Source of the DNA: Candidatus Eiseniibacteriota bacterium
GTDB lineage: Bacteria > Eisenbacteria > RBG-16-71-46 > CAVPCR01
Direction of reading: 5' to 3'
Length of the DNA stretch: 64,000 bases
NCBI GenBank assembly: GCA_963702435.1
Contig: CAVPCR010000001.1
Span: forward strand, 896,001 to 960,000
Part shown: positions 29,061 through 44,646 of the stretch, one piece after another
Position numbering within the stretch: the first letter of the stretch is position 1
Layout of the letters: each line of letters opens with the position of its first letter
Position numbers and translations under genes: made by a program
The notes under the pieces: model-generated
Databases searched by the model: none
What the model saw: only the letters and a program-made list of their open reading frames with translations
Told to the model about the DNA's origin: nothing

Positions 29061-30668
29061 GTGGACACGCTACAGAGTCACATCTCGACCCGTTCGCCCG
29101 AGTTCCAGGCGAACGCCGCCCATCATCGCCGCCTCGCCGCAGAGCTCCGCGAGCGCCTCGCCGCGGCGCGCCGCGGCGGCCCCGAGGCCGCGGTCACGCT
29201 CCACCGCCAGCGCGGGAAGCTCATGCCGCGCGAGCGGATCGAGCGCCTCCTCGATCCCGCCACTCCATTCCTCGAGCTCTCCGGCCTCGCCGCCCACGGG
29301 CTCCACAAGGGCGAGGTGCCGGCAGCCGGGATCGTGACCGGGATCGGCCTCGTCGCCGGGCGCGAGTGCATGATCGTCGCCAACGACGCCACCGTGAAGG
29401 GCGGCACCTACTTCCCCGAGACGATCAAGAAGCACATCCGCGCCCAGGAGATCGCGCTCGACAACCGCCTGCCCACGATCTACCTCGTCGACTCGGGCGG
29501 CGTCTTCCTGCCGCTCCAGGCCGAGGTCTTCCCCGACAAGGAGCACTTCGGCCGCATCTTCTACAACCAGGCGGTGATGTCGTCGCTCAACATCCCCCAG
29601 GTGGCGGTCGTCCTCGGCATGTGCACCGCGGGCGGGGCCTACGTGCCCGCGATGTCGGACGAGAACATCATCGTCAAGGAACAGGGCACGATCTACCTCG
29701 GCGGTCCGCCGCTCGTCAAGGCGGCGACCGGCGAGGAGGTGACGACCGAGGAGCTCGGCGGCGGCGACATGCACTCGCGCGTCTCCGGCGTCACCGATCA
29801 CCTCGCCGCCGACGAGGAGGAAGCGCTCCACGTCTGCCGGAACGTGATCGAGAACCTGAACTCGGTGAAGCAGGTCGCGCTCGACGTGGTACGGCCGGAG
29901 GATCCGCTCTACGCGGCGGAGGAGGTCTACGGGGTCCTCCCCACCGACACCCGCCATCCCTACGACGTGCACGAGCTCATCGCCCGCCTCGTCGACGGGA
30001 GCCGCTTCCACGAGTTCAAGGCCAACTACGGCCCGACCCTCGTCACCGGCTTCGCGCGCTGGATGGGCTACCCGGTCGGCATCGTCGCCAACAACGGCGT
30101 CCTCTTCTCCGAGAGCTCGCTCAAGGCCACGCACTTCATCGAGCTCTCGAGCCAGCGCCGGATCCCGCTCCTCTTCCTGCAGAACATCACCGGCTTCATG
30201 GTCGGAAAGCGCTACGAGCAGGGCGGCATCTCGAAGGACGGCGCCAAGATGGTGCAGGCGGTCGCCACCGCCGCCGTGCCGCGCATCACCGTGATCATCG
30301 GCGCCTCGCATGGCGCCGGCAACTATGCCATGTGCGGCCGCGGCTACCGCCCGCGCTTCCTGTTCACGTGGCCGAACGCGCGCGTCTCGGTGATGGGCGC
30401 CGAGCAGGCGGCGAGCGTGCTCGTCCAGGTCAAGAAGGACCAGCTCGCGCGCGAGGGCAAGACCCTCTCGCACGAGGAGGCGGAGAAGATCGCCGCTCCC
30501 GTCCTCGAGAAGTACGAGCGCGAGGGCAGCCCCTATTTCGGCACCGCTTACCTGTGGGACGACGGCATCATCGACCCGGCGGAGACCCGCCGGGTGGTCG
30601 GCCTCGCCCTCTCGGCGACGCTCAACGCACCGATCCCGGCGAGCACCGCCCCCGTGTACAGGATGTGA
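29061..30668 (+). CDS. liuB: 3-methylcrotonyl-CoA carboxylase beta (carboxyltransferase) subunit
   Basis: [57 protein letters not shown]. Confidence 0.92.
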   Translation: MDTLQSHISTRSPEFQANAAHHRRLAAELRERLAAARRGGPEAAVTLHRQRGKLMPRERIERLLDPATPFLELSGLAAHGLHKGEVPAAGIVTGIGLVAGRECMIVANDATVKGGTYFPETIKKHIRAQEIALDNRLPTIYLVDSGGVFLPLQAEVFPDKEHFGRIFYNQAVMSSLNIPQVAVVLGMCTAGGAYVPAMSDENIIVKEQGTIYLGGPPLVKAATGEEVTTEELGGGDMHSRVSGVTDHLAADEEEALHVCRNVIENLNSVKQVALDVVRPEDPLYAAEEVYGVLPTDTRHPYDVHELIARLVDGSRFHEFKANYGPTLVTGFARWMGYPVGIVANNGVLFSESSLKATHFIELSSQRRIPLLFLQNITGFMVGKRYEQGGISKDGAKMVQAVATAAVPRITVIIGASHGAGNYAMCGRGYRPRFLFTWPNARVSVMGAEQAASVLVQVKKDQLAREGKTLSHEEAEKIAAPVLEKYEREGSPYFGTAYLWDDGIIDPAETRRVVGLALSATLNAPIPASTAPVYRM

Positions 30669-31450
30669 TGAACGCTCCCGCGACGCTGCGCATCGATCGC
30701 GACGGCCCGATCATGACGGTGCGGCTCCACCGCCCCGAGGTGCGAAACGCGTTCAACGAGGTGCTGATCGCGGAGCTCACGCAGACCTTCGCGGGTGTGG
30801 GCGACGACGTCCGCGCGGTCATCCTCTGCGGCGAGGGCCCCGCCTTCTGCGCCGGCGCCGACGTCAACTGGCTCAAGAAGTCGATCACCTACACGGAGGC
30901 CGAGAACGAGCGCGACGCGATGGCGATGGCGGCCATGTTCCGCACGATCGACCGGGCGCCGTGCCCCGTGATCGGGCGCGTGCACGGCGCGGCGCTCGGC
31001 GGCGCGATGGGGCTCATCGCGGTCTGCGACATGGTGGTCGCCGCCGAGGATGCGCAGTTCGGATTCACCGAGGTCCGGCTCGGCATCCTCCCGGCGGTGA
31101 TCTCGACGTTCGTCCTCCCGAAGATCGGGCCGGCCGCCGCGCGCCGCTACTTCCTGACCGGGGAGATCTTCGGAGCACCGGTCGCCCGGGCGATGGGCCT
31201 CGTGCACGAGATCGCGCCCGCGGCCGAGCTCGACGCCCGGGTCGGCGCGCTCACGACGGCGCTCCGCGCCGCGGGCCCGCGCGGGGTGGCCGCGGCCAAG
31301 GTCCTCGTCCGCGAGATGCTCGCGCGCGCCGCCGACCAGGACGCGGCCGCCGCGCACGCGGCGCGCACGATCGCCCGCATCCGCGTCTCTCCGGAGGGGC
31401 AGGAGGGTCTCGGCGCCTTCCTCGACAAGCGCAAGCCGCGCTGGGCCTGA
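30668..31450 (+). CDS. liuC: Enoyl-CoA hydratase family protein, probable methylglutaconyl-CoA hydratase
   Basis: RPEVRNAFN..FCAGAD..GAALGG..FTEVRLGILPA..EGQEGLGAFLDKRKP; TGATG overlap with liuB. Confidence 0.85.
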   Translation: MNAPATLRIDRDGPIMTVRLHRPEVRNAFNEVLIAELTQTFAGVGDDVRAVILCGEGPAFCAGADVNWLKKSITYTEAENERDAMAMAAMFRTIDRAPCPVIGRVHGAALGGAMGLIAVCDMVVAAEDAQFGFTEVRLGILPAVISTFVLPKIGPAAARRYFLTGEIFGAPVARAMGLVHEIAPAAELDARVGALTTALRAAGPRGVAAAKVLVREMLARAADQDAAAAHAARTIARIRVSPEGQEGLGAFLDKRKPRWA

Positions 31451-31692
31451 GCGGCGCCGCCCGGCCCAGTTGCGCCTTCGTATCGTCAAGTACAGCAACA
31501 ACATACGGACGCCCGCAATATTCACGAGCGCTTCCCGCCGAACGTGGTAGCATGCTGGACCTTGTAAGACGGCGGGAGCACGTGGATGCCCCAGCGTCCG
31601 CCTCCTGGACGGTCCAGGAGGGCCGCCGCTTAGTGATAGTCAGGCCCTCAATGCATCGGCCGTCGCGAGACGGCACAGCTCACGGAGAAGGT

Positions 31693-32268
31693 ATGTTGAA
31701 GAATACGCTGATGATGGTGGCGCTCGTCGCCCTGTCGCTTTTCCTCGCCACCGGCTGCAGCCAGGACAAGACCTTGGCCGACACGGCCATCAAGAACGCC
31801 GAGAAGGCGCTCACCGACATGGGCGCCGACGCCATGGCGTACATGCCCGATGAGTTCAAGGCGGCTCAGGACGCCCTCGCCGCGGCGAAGGCCGCCTTCG
31901 AGCAGGGCAAGTACAAGGATGCCCTCACCGCGGCCCAGCAGATCGCGACCCAGGCCCCGGAGATGGCCACCGCGATCGCGACCCGCAAGGATGAGATGAG
32001 CAAGGCGTGGGCGGACATGAGCTCGACCATGCCGGCCATGATGACCCAGATCCAGGGCGAGATCGACAAGGTCACCAAGTCGAAGAAGCTCCCCGCCGCC
32101 AAGGTTGACGAGATCAACGCCCAGGTGGCGGGCCTGAACGCGATGTGGTCGGATGCCGCGAACGCGTTCAACTCGGGCAACGTGGCCGATGCGGTTGCCA
32201 AGGGCGCGATGGCCAAGGAAGGCGCCAACAAGCTCATGGAGAGCCTCGGCATGCCGATGATGCCGTAG
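31693..32268 (+). CDS. Alpha-helical lipoprotein (DUF4398-like)
   Basis: Lipobox LATGC; Ala/Lys/Met-rich helices; GGAG RBS. Confidence 0.75.
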   Translation: MLKNTLMMVALVALSLFLATGCSQDKTLADTAIKNAEKALTDMGADAMAYMPDEFKAAQDALAAAKAAFEQGKYKDALTAAQQIATQAPEMATAIATRKDEMSKAWADMSSTMPAMMTQIQGEIDKVTKSKKLPAAKVDEINAQVAGLNAMWSDAANAFNSGNVADAVAKGAMAKEGANKLMESLGMPMMP

Positions 32269-32295
32269 CGCCGATCTGATCGAATAGCTGATCGG

Positions 32296-32943
32296 ATAGC
32301 AGGCGGCAGCATCTTCAAGCCGTACCTGATCGGAATCGCGGGCCCGTCGTGCGCGGGCAAGAGCGCGATCGCCTCTGGTCTTGCCGAGGCCCTCGCTCCT
32401 GCCCTCGACGCGACGCGGCCCGCGATTCTTTCCCTGGACTGGTATTACCGCGATCTCGCCGCGATCGAGCTCGCGGGCCGCGGTCGGCCGAACTTCGACG
32501 AGCCGGAGGCGCTCGACTCCGAGCTCATCGCCGAGCACGTGGCCCGGCTCGCCGGCGGGGAGACGATCGGCGCCCCGGACTACGACTTCGCACACCACGC
32601 GCGCACGACGCGCACGATCCCCGTCGTTCCCCGCCGCGCGGTGATCATCGAGGGGCTCTTCACCTTCCACTGGGAGCCGGTGCGTGCCCGCCTCGCCGCG
32701 CGGATCTTCGTGGCAGCCCCGGAGCAGATCTGTCGTGATCGCCGCCTCGCGCGCGACCAGCGGGAGCGCGGGCGGACTCGCGAGTCGATCGAGCTCCAGT
32801 GGCGAGAGATGGTGCTCCCCATGTATGACCGCTACGTCGAGCCGCAGCGCGCGCACGCCACCCTGGTCGTGAACGGCGCCGACCCGGTGGCCGCGTCAAT
32901 CGCCGGGATCTACGCCCACGTGGCGCCCGCCCTCGGCGGATAG
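32296..32943 (+). CDS. udk: Uridine kinase (start codon non-canonical or uncertain)
   Basis: The frame of ORF 32539-32943 extends upstream: FKPYLIGIAGPSCAGKS (P-loop), LDWYYRD, NFDEPEALD, IIEGLF, RRLARD..RGR. Confidence 0.85.
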   Translation: MAGGSIFKPYLIGIAGPSCAGKSAIASGLAEALAPALDATRPAILSLDWYYRDLAAIELAGRGRPNFDEPEALDSELIAEHVARLAGGETIGAPDYDFAHHARTTRTIPVVPRRAVIIEGLFTFHWEPVRARLAARIFVAAPEQICRDRRLARDQRERGRTRESIELQWREMVLPMYDRYVEPQRAHATLVVNGADPVAASIAGIYAHVAPALGG

Positions 32944-32962
32944 CGCGCGCCGTCCCGCTTCC

Positions 32963-33520
32963 TCAGCGCTCCGCCACCTCGGCCGTGTACAGGTAGCGCT
33001 TGCGCACGACGTCCATGTGATGGAGCTCGTGCCCGGCGATGATCCAGGGCACCGCGCGTGCAACGTGCGCGCGATCGTTGGCCGTGCCGACCCGCGCCAG
33101 GGCCGCCTCGTCGAGGCTCGCGAAGAGGGCGATCGACGCCGCGCGGACGAGCCGGAGTTCGCTTGCGAGCTCACCGAGGGGGCGCGCGTCGAAACCGGCG
33201 ACCGCGACGTAGGCGTTCTCGTCGAAGCCGGGCAGCGGCGTCGAGTCGCTCCGGGCGAAGCGGAGACCGCGGTAGGCGAAGACACGCTCCGAGTCGATGA
33301 CGTGTCCGACCACTTCCTTGACGCTCCACTTGCCGGGGGCGTAGCGGAAGTGGGCGCGCTCCTCGCTGATCCCGGCGAGGAAGGCCGCCGACTCCTCCAT
33401 CTGGCGCTCGAGAGTCTCGAGGATGTCGCCGTCGGGGACGAGGCGGATGTAGCGTTCGAAGTAGGCTGGGAACTCGGCCGGCGCCGGGCGCCGGCTCCAG
33501 TTCGCCAAGTGCTTCTGCAT
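32963..33520 (-). CDS. DinB family protein
   Basis: YAPGKWSVKEVVGHVIDSERVF..IAGHELHH. Confidence 0.9.
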   Translation of the reverse strand: MQKHLANWSRRPAPAEFPAYFERYIRLVPDGDILETLERQMEESAAFLAGISEERAHFRYAPGKWSVKEVVGHVIDSERVFAYRGLRFARSDSTPLPGFDENAYVAVAGFDARPLGELASELRLVRAASIALFASLDEAALARVGTANDRAHVARAVPWIIAGHELHHMDVVRKRYLYTAEVAER

Positions 33521-33913
33521 GGATCGCTTACCTCCCGGACCCGGCTGCGGGTCGTGACGAGGGGATCGCCGCGGGCTAGCCCAGTCTAGCACGCGTCGCC
33601 ACCGCCTTGCGTCCGCCGAGCTCTCGTGCTAACTTTGAGTTACGCGGTTTGCCGCCGCGCGCTCGCCATTCCCATTCGGCGGGCCGATAGCCCATCCCCA
33701 GACGGGCAAGATGCAGGTGGCTCTCGCTCGCTCCTGCCATTGGCCGCCCGCGCGGCGTCAGGCCGCTGCCGCCGCTTTGTTTCGCTTTGCCTCGAATCGT
33801 CCGCGCCATCTCGTCTCGCCCGCGGCTCCTCGCCGTACCGTGCCCTGGTCCGTTCGTCACCCCTCGCCAGCCACTCCATGCCAAGGCGTTCCCGGCGCCG
33901 CTGGGAGCTCGAC

Positions 33914-38739
<4,826 letters not shown>

Positions 38740-38760
38740 CGTGTCAACCACGATGAACCG

Positions 38761-38790
38761 CGGAGGCCCCGCCGCCGGGCGGGGCCTCCG
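38761..38790. terminator. Perfect 13-bp-stem hairpin between the C25 and M14 genes (no U-tract)
   Basis: CGGAGGCCCCGCC-GCCG-GGCGGGGCCTCCG. Confidence 0.55.
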
Positions 38791-38832
38791 GCACCAGAGG
38801 CATCGCCCAGGGCCATCGCCAGAGGAATCGTC

Positions 38833-41406
38833 ATGATCCGCTTGAGCTCTCTGCTCCTCGCCGGCCTCGTCCTCGCCGCCGGTGTCGCCGCCTCCGGTCT
38901 GGCCGCCGCCGCCGGGCCGATCCCGGTCGATGACCGCGGCCTCAAGCTGTGGGAGGTGCGCGAGTATGCGGACTTCCCCGTCCAGTTCGCGGCGGCGGAT
39001 GCGGCCGCGCTCGGCGAGCTCCTCGCGCGCGTCCCGCTCGCCGAGTTCGACCGCGAGCACGTGCGGATCGTGAGCGACGGCGCCGGAGTGCGCCGCCTCG
39101 TCGTCGAGACGCGGGTCACGGCCGCGGAGGCGGACGCCCTCACCCGGGCCGGGGTCACCTGGGCGCGGCTCCCCGATCGCGAGCAGGAAGCGCGCCGCGA
39201 GATGGAGCGGGTGTGGGCGGAGCAGGCGGCGAAGGGCGGCGATGAGTTCCAGTTCGGGAAGCTCGCCGTCTACCACACCTACGCGCAGATCGGGCAGATC
39301 CTCCAGCAGACCGCGCTCGACCATCCGGCGATCGCCGCCTCGGGCTCGATCGGCCAGTCGGTGAACGGGCGGGAGCTCTGGTCGATCACGATCAGCGACA
39401 ACGTGGCGGGCGAGGAGGCCGAGCCCGAGGTGCGGCTCGCGAGCACGATCCACGGCAACGAGCCGCCGGGCCTCGAGATGCTCCTCTTCCTCGTCGACCA
39501 TCTGACCACCAATTACGGGATCGACCCCGCGGTGACCAACCTGGTCGACAACTACGAGATCCACATCGTGCCCTGCCTGAACCCTGACGGCCTGGTCGCC
39601 GGCGTGCGGCGGAACGCCCACAATGTCGACATCAACCGCAATTTCCCGGTGCCGGACGGCACGATCGGCGACGACGGGACCTGGACCGAGGAGCAGGAGA
39701 CCATCGTCATCAAGAACCACGGCTACGCGCACAGCTTCGTGCTCAGCGAGAACGGGCATGCCGGGGCCCTCGTCGTCAACTACCCGTGGGACTACCAGGC
39801 GCCGCTCGCTCCCGACAACAGCGCGCTCATCAAGCTCGCCCTCGAGTACTCGACCTACAACCTGCCCATGTACAACGGCAGCTTCTATCACGGGATCACG
39901 AACGGCTACGCCTGGTACGAGGTGAACGGGTCGCTGCAAGACTGGGCCTACCACGAGACCGGGGCGATGGACAACACGATCGAGTGCAGCAACGCCTTCA
40001 TCCCGCCCGCGAGCCAGCTCGACCAGCTGTGGATCGAGAACCGCGAGAGCTTCATGCACTTCGTCAAGGCGGCGCGCTACGGGGTGAACGGTGTGGTGAC
40101 CGATGCGCAGACCGGGCTCCCGCTCTTCGCCACCGTGAGCGTCGCCGGCAACACGAAGCCGGTCTTCACCGACCCCGACCGCGGCGACTACTACAAGCTC
40201 CTCGATACGGGCAGCTACTCGCTCACCTTCTCCTCGCCGGGCTACGTGCCGCAGACGATCACCGGGGTAGCGACGACCTGGGGCGCGCCGACCGTCCGCA
40301 ACGTGGCGCTCCAGCCGGAGCTCACGAGCCATGTCGCCGGGCACGTGCGGACGACGGGCGGGAGCGGCCTCGACGCGACGATCGCGATCCGCACCCATCC
40401 GGCGGGGACTCCGGTCACGACGGTGTACGCGAGCGCGGCGGCGGGCGGCGCCTATGCGGTGGACCTCATCTATGGCGACTATCGCTTCGATGTATCGAGC
40501 ACGGGCTACGCGCCGGCGAGCGAGGTCGTGACCGTGAACGACCCGACCGAGACCTTCGACTTCGTGCTCGAGGAGAGCGACGAGGTGATCCTCGCGTTCG
40601 ACGACTTCGAAGCCGGGGCCGGGCAGTGGGCCGGCGGCTGGGGGCTCACCACGACGAGCGCGCACAGCCCGACCCACTCGATGACCGACAGCCCGGCCGG
40701 GAACTACCCGGCCAACGTGACCAACCCGTGCGCCATGAGCGCGCCGGTCGATCTCACGCAGGTCACGGCGGCGACCCTCACCTTCTGGGCGCGCTGGGAT
40801 ATCGAGACCGACTGGGACTCGGCAAGGTTCGAGATCTCGACCGATGGCGGGACGAGCTGGGCGGCGGTCGCCACCAACCGCACGGTGCCGGGGAGCGGCC
40901 AGGGCACGCAGGTGCCGGCCGGGGTGCCGGTGTTCGAGGGCACGCAGCTCGCGTGGGTCGAGAACACGGTCGATCTCGCACCGTGGCTCACGCGGAGCGA
41001 CGTGCGCTTCCGCTTCCTCTTGCGAAGCGACGGCTCGTCGCAGCGGGACGGCTTCTACTTCGACGACTTCGCGATTCGCGGACCGCGAGCGGCACAGGGG
41101 ATTGACGAACTCGCGGTTGGCGAACTCGCAGCACCCGCAGTTCGCATATGGCTGGCCAGCCCGTTCGCCCCGGGCGGGACGATCCGCGTCACGACGCGCG
41201 AGGCGGCCCCGGCACGGCTCCTCCTCCACGATGTCGCGGGGCGGCTCGTGCGCGTCCTCGCCGCGGGCGACTGGACGGCCGGCGAGCACGCGATCTCGTG
41301 GGACGGGCGGACCGGAAGCGGCGCCGCAGCGCCGCGCGGGGTCTACTTCCTCCGGGTCGAGAGCGGAGGCAGGAGCGATACGGCGCGTCTCCTCCTCCTC
41401 GACTGA
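38833..41406 (+). CDS. Secreted M14 zinc carboxypeptidase with regulatory-like and beta-sandwich domains and CTD
   Basis: IHGNE, NPDG..RRN..DINRNF, GHAGALVVNYPWD, GSLQDWAY, TIECS; CTD DVAGRLVR..WDGR..GVYF. Confidence 0.92.
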   Translation: MIRLSSLLLAGLVLAAGVAASGLAAAAGPIPVDDRGLKLWEVREYADFPVQFAAADAAALGELLARVPLAEFDREHVRIVSDGAGVRRLVVETRVTAAEADALTRAGVTWARLPDREQEARREMERVWAEQAAKGGDEFQFGKLAVYHTYAQIGQILQQTALDHPAIAASGSIGQSVNGRELWSITISDNVAGEEAEPEVRLASTIHGNEPPGLEMLLFLVDHLTTNYGIDPAVTNLVDNYEIHIVPCLNPDGLVAGVRRNAHNVDINRNFPVPDGTIGDDGTWTEEQETIVIKNHGYAHSFVLSENGHAGALVVNYPWDYQAPLAPDNSALIKLALEYSTYNLPMYNGSFYHGITNGYAWYEVNGSLQDWAYHETGAMDNTIECSNAFIPPASQLDQLWIENRESFMHFVKAARYGVNGVVTDAQTGLPLFATVSVAGNTKPVFTDPDRGDYYKLLDTGSYSLTFSSPGYVPQTITGVATTWGAPTVRNVALQPELTSHVAGHVRTTGGSGLDATIAIRTHPAGTPVTTVYASAAAGGAYAVDLIYGDYRFDVSSTGYAPASEVVTVNDPTETFDFVLEESDEVILAFDDFEAGAGQWAGGWGLTTTSAHSPTHSMTDSPAGNYPANVTNPCAMSAPVDLTQVTAATLTFWARWDIETDWDSARFEISTDGGTSWAAVATNRTVPGSGQGTQVPAGVPVFEGTQLAWVENTVDLAPWLTRSDVRFRFLLRSDGSSQRDGFYFDDFAIRGPRAAQGIDELAVGELAAPAVRIWLASPFAPGGTIRVTTREAAPARLLLHDVAGRLVRVLAAGDWTAGEHAISWDGRTGSGAAAPRGVYFLRVESGGRSDTARLLLLD

Positions 41407-41433
41407 TGGAGGCCGGGCTCACGCGGCCCGGAC

Positions 41434-41838
41434 TCAGGGATGCTGGCGCAAGAGGGTCCAGAATCCTCTCGGGTCCACAATACGCAGCGGTGCGCTATCG
41501 GCCAGGTCGAGGAGATCCTGGTCACCGGTCACCAGCACGTCCGCTCGGCCCGCCACTGCGCTCGCCAGCACCCACTGGTCGTCCGGGTCGCGAACCGCCA
41601 GGTCAAGCCGACCTCTGGGCCGCGGAACGACTTCGCTTTCCCGAAGGAGCTGCTCGATGGCCTCCACGGTTGCCGCGGGCAGCTTGAGCTTCACGCGCAA
41701 CACCCGCCGCAACTCCTTCAGGATCACTTCACCGACGACCAGCTCATGTTCAGCAAGAACATGACGCATGACATCGGCACAGAGCCCCCTGGTCGCGAAC
41801 GCGCTGACCAGCACGTTGGTGTCCAGGAACACCCTCAC
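41434..41838 (-). CDS. PIN-domain toxin
   Basis: VFLDTNVLVSA..RDPDD..LVTGDQDLL. Confidence 0.9.
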   Translation of the reverse strand: MRVFLDTNVLVSAFATRGLCADVMRHVLAEHELVVGEVILKELRRVLRVKLKLPAATVEAIEQLLRESEVVPRPRGRLDLAVRDPDDQWVLASAVAGRADVLVTGDQDLLDLADSAPLRIVDPRGFWTLLRQHP

Positions 41839-42053
41839 GAAACGTCCCGGGCGACGTCCTCGTCCGTCAGATACCCTCTCGCTTCGGCGAACGGCAGCAC
41901 CTGGCGACGGAGTTGCTCGAACCGGAAGATGCTCAGCTGCCGCTGCAGGGCCTCCCGGACGATCTCGCTCCGAGTTCGGCCGGTCTGCCGCGCCAGCCGG
42001 CTCAGGAGCTTGCTCAGGTCGGGATTCAGGCGGATGGTGATCGTATTGCTCAT
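41835..42053 (-). CDS. CopG/ribbon-helix-helix antitoxin
   Basis: MSNTITIRL..TGRTRSEIVREAL; GTGA overlap with the PIN gene. Confidence 0.88.
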   Translation of the reverse strand: MSNTITIRLNPDLSKLLSRLARQTGRTRSEIVREALQRQLSIFRFEQLRRQVLPFAEARGYLTDEDVARDVS

Positions 42054-42090
42054 GTCAGACATTGTAAGACAGGCCCAGCCTTCTGGTCAA
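42052..42090 (-). promoter_or_regulatory. Leaderless sigma70-like promoter with tandem operator boxes
   Basis: TTGACC-N18-TACAAT-N7-ATG; boxes TGTCTTACA and TGTCTGACA overlap the -10 and start site. Confidence 0.65.
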
Positions 42091-42104
42091 TGGGCCGCCG
42101 GCCG

Positions 42105-42749
42105 CTACTTCCGGAGCAGCTTGAACGCGTGGTTCCAGCCGCCGGTCGCCAGCGCGTAGCACACCCACAGGATGCACAGCGGCTCGAGGAGCCGCGCGCC
42201 CTCGATCCCGCCGACGTCGATCGTCGGCCAGCCGAAGGCGCGGCAGATGTCGGTGACCGTCTTCTTGGCCGCGGCGTCGTTCCCGCAGATGAACATGTCG
42301 GGCGGGCCGCCGGGGAAGCTCGGGTTCACCATGTGTGCGTGGCCGACCGTGTTGTAGACCTTGACCACGCGGGCCGCCGGCAGCCAGCGCTGCACCTGCT
42401 CACCGCCCGAGTCGGTGTGGCCGAGCGCGAGCGACGGGGGCGCGCCCGGCGTGAAGACAAGCGGGTTGGTCGCGTCCATCACCACCTTGTCCGCGCAGTT
42501 GGCGGCACAGGCGAGGCGGATCGCGCTCTCGGTGCCCGACCACAGGGTGGCAAGAACGAGGACCTCGCCGAAGCTAGCGGCCTCGGCGAAGGTGCCGGCC
42601 CGGGCGAGCGGTCCTGTCTTCGCGACCCACCCCTGCACCTTCTCGCTCTGCGGATCGCGCGAGCCCATCATGACGTCGTGGCCAAGCTGGGTAAAGCCGG
42701 CGCCAAGGGCCCGGCCGACATCGCCGGTGCCGAGAATCCCCACCTTCAT
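42105..42749 (-). CDS. F420-dependent NADP oxidoreductase-like NAD(P)-binding protein
   Basis: MKVGILGTGDVG..GSRDP..DATNPL..DSGGEQVQ..VVKVYNT..ICGND. Confidence 0.88.
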   Translation of the reverse strand: MKVGILGTGDVGRALGAGFTQLGHDVMMGSRDPQSEKVQGWVAKTGPLARAGTFAEAASFGEVLVLATLWSGTESAIRLACAANCADKVVMDATNPLVFTPGAPPSLALGHTDSGGEQVQRWLPAARVVKVYNTVGHAHMVNPSFPGGPPDMFICGNDAAAKKTVTDICRAFGWPTIDVGGIEGARLLEPLCILWVCYALATGGWNHAFKLLRK

Positions 42750-42774
42750 CGCGTGCTCTCCTCCGTTCGATCCT

Positions 42775-43275
42775 CTATTCGGTGACGGTGAGATCGAGGC
42801 CGAGCTGCGTTGCAAAGCGGCTCAGGTCGTCCACCGTTTCCTTGCTGGGCATCTCGGTGTTGGCGACGCGGGCCGACCAGCGGATCTTCTCGCCGGCCGG
42901 GAGCTTCCTCAGCTTCGACTTGAGGGCCGACACCCCTTCCACGGAGATCTCCGCAATCTTGACCTCATCGAACGAGCGGAGCCGATTCGCACCGGGGAGG
43001 ATCGAGAAGTGCCAGGCCCCGCCGGCATTCCAGCTGTAGAGGTCGTACCCGGCCTGAGCGGCCGGCGCGGCGGCGGGATCGATGTCGGCGGCGGCATTCG
43101 CGGCCTTGGCGGGCGCCGCCGTCGTGGTGGGCGCGGCCGTCTTCGCGGGCTCCGCCGTCTTCGCGGGCTCCGCGGCGGTGGTCGTCGCCGGCATCCCGCC
43201 CGAGCGGCATCCGGCGAGCGACAGGACGAGGATCGAGAAAGCAATCAGCATGAGAGCGAGCGAGCGACGCATCAT
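42775..43275 (-). CDS. Hypothetical lipoprotein with Ala/Pro/Thr-rich linker
   Basis: Lipobox LAGC; AEPAKT repeats; GGAGG RBS. Confidence 0.75.
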   Translation of the reverse strand: MMRRSLALMLIAFSILVLSLAGCRSGGMPATTTAAEPAKTAEPAKTAAPTTTAAPAKAANAAADIDPAAAPAAQAGYDLYSWNAGGAWHFSILPGANRLRSFDEVKIAEISVEGVSALKSKLRKLPAGEKIRWSARVANTEMPSKETVDDLSRFATQLGLDLTVTE

Positions 43276-43349
43276 CCTTCCACCTCCTCGCGAACAGATC
43301 CGAACGCTGGCTCTGGACCGCGAGGAGTCTAGCCGCGCCGGCGGCCGCT

Positions 43350-43388
43350 GCCAAGACGTGGCCAGGACGTGGCCAGGACGCGGCCAAG
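43350..43388. repeat. 11-bp tandem repeat GCCARGACGYG x~3.5 between divergent lipoprotein genes
   Basis: gccaagacgtg gccaggacgtg gccaggacgcg gccaag. Confidence 0.8.
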
Positions 43389-43446
43389 GCGGCTTGCGGC
43401 CCGGCCGCCGCGGCGCCTATCTTCCCGGTCGAGGAGGAGGGGAACC

Positions 43447-44207
43447 ATGAAGAGTCGGGCGTCACGCATCACGATGCTCGTCGCCTGCGCGGTGCTCGTT
43501 CTCGCTGCCTGCGGCAAGAAGGAGGAACCGGCGCCCGGCGCGCACGGCGACGCCGGGTCGCGGCGCAGCCGGCGGCCGGCTCGGACGATCGCGCGAAGCT
43601 CCTCGCCGGGGCCTGGGTGCGCGCGGCGGAGCCCGGACGGGCGCGGGCGGGCCTCTACTTCGGACCGGACGGGCTCTTCCGCCGGTTCGGCACCGTGAGC
43701 GCGAGCGGTCTCGCGTGGTCGGCGGCAGGAGACTCGCTCCGACTCACCACGAACAGCGAGCGCTACCCGGAGCCGGAGGAGATCCGCTACCGGATCGGCG
43801 AACTCTCGGCGTCGTCGCTCACGCTCGCGGGCATGGGCCCGATCGCCGGCACCTACGCGCACGACAACGGGGCCTCTGCGCTCGTCACCGGGAACGTGAC
43901 CTATCGCGAGCGGATCGCGCTGCCGCCGACCGCCATCGTCCAGGTGACATTACAAGATATCTCGCGGCAGGACGCGCCGGCGACACTCCTCGCCCGCGAG
44001 ATCATCGTGACGGGCGGGCGGCAGGTACCGATCGCGTTCACGCTCGCCTACGACGCGGACGTGATCGACTCGCGCTCCACCTACGCGGTGGCCGCGCGCA
44101 TCACGGACCAGGGGAAGCTCCTCTTCATCAATGACACGGTCCATCCGGTGATCACGCGCGAGGCTCCGTTGCAGGTCGAGGTTCTGGTCAAGCCGGTCGG
44201 ACGCTGA
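43447..44207 (+). CDS. YbaY/YscW-family lipoprotein with extra N-terminal domain; two +1 frameshifts near 43543-43558
   Basis: Lipobox LAAC in ORF 43369-43698; VTGNVTYRERIALPP..LQDISRQDAPA..VPIAFTLAYD in ORF 43617-44207. Confidence 0.8.
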
Positions 44208-44247
44208 GCGGCCGGGCGAGAAGTCGCATCGCCGCGTCGTATCGCGC

Positions 44248-44646
44248 TCACTCCCCGTACCAGGGCTCGATCGCGGCCACGTAGTCGAGGCGGGCGAGCC
44301 GGACGAGGACGTCCCGATAGCCGGGCTGGTGCGTGCTGCCCACGCAGAGGTATTGCTCCGCACTGCAGCCGATCCGCCCGCGGGCCCCGCGCTGGACTTC
44401 GACCGTGCGATCGATGGCCGTGACCTCGGCCACGGCGGCCTCGGTCGCCGGGATGCAGAACTCGTAGCTCACGGCGCGGAGGCCGTCCGCCGGCCCGGTC
44501 AGGCCATCGGCGTTGATCGCCGCGAGATCGAGATGCACCTTGGCGAGCGCCGCCGCATCCTGCGTGCTGCTCCGGCCGCCGGCGCAGGAGAGAAGGAGCG
44601 CCGCCGCGCCGAGCGTGAACGCAAGCAGCTGTCGCAACCTCATCAC
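44248..44646 (-). CDS. Hypothetical lipoprotein (YEFCIP..IGC..CVGSTHQ)
   Basis: Lipobox LLSC; overlaps the ppa stop. Confidence 0.75.
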   Translation of the reverse strand: MMRLRQLLAFTLGAAALLLSCAGGRSSTQDAAALAKVHLDLAAINADGLTGPADGLRAVSYEFCIPATEAAVAEVTAIDRTVEVQRGARGRIGCSAEQYLCVGSTHQPGYRDVLVRLARLDYVAAIEPWYGE

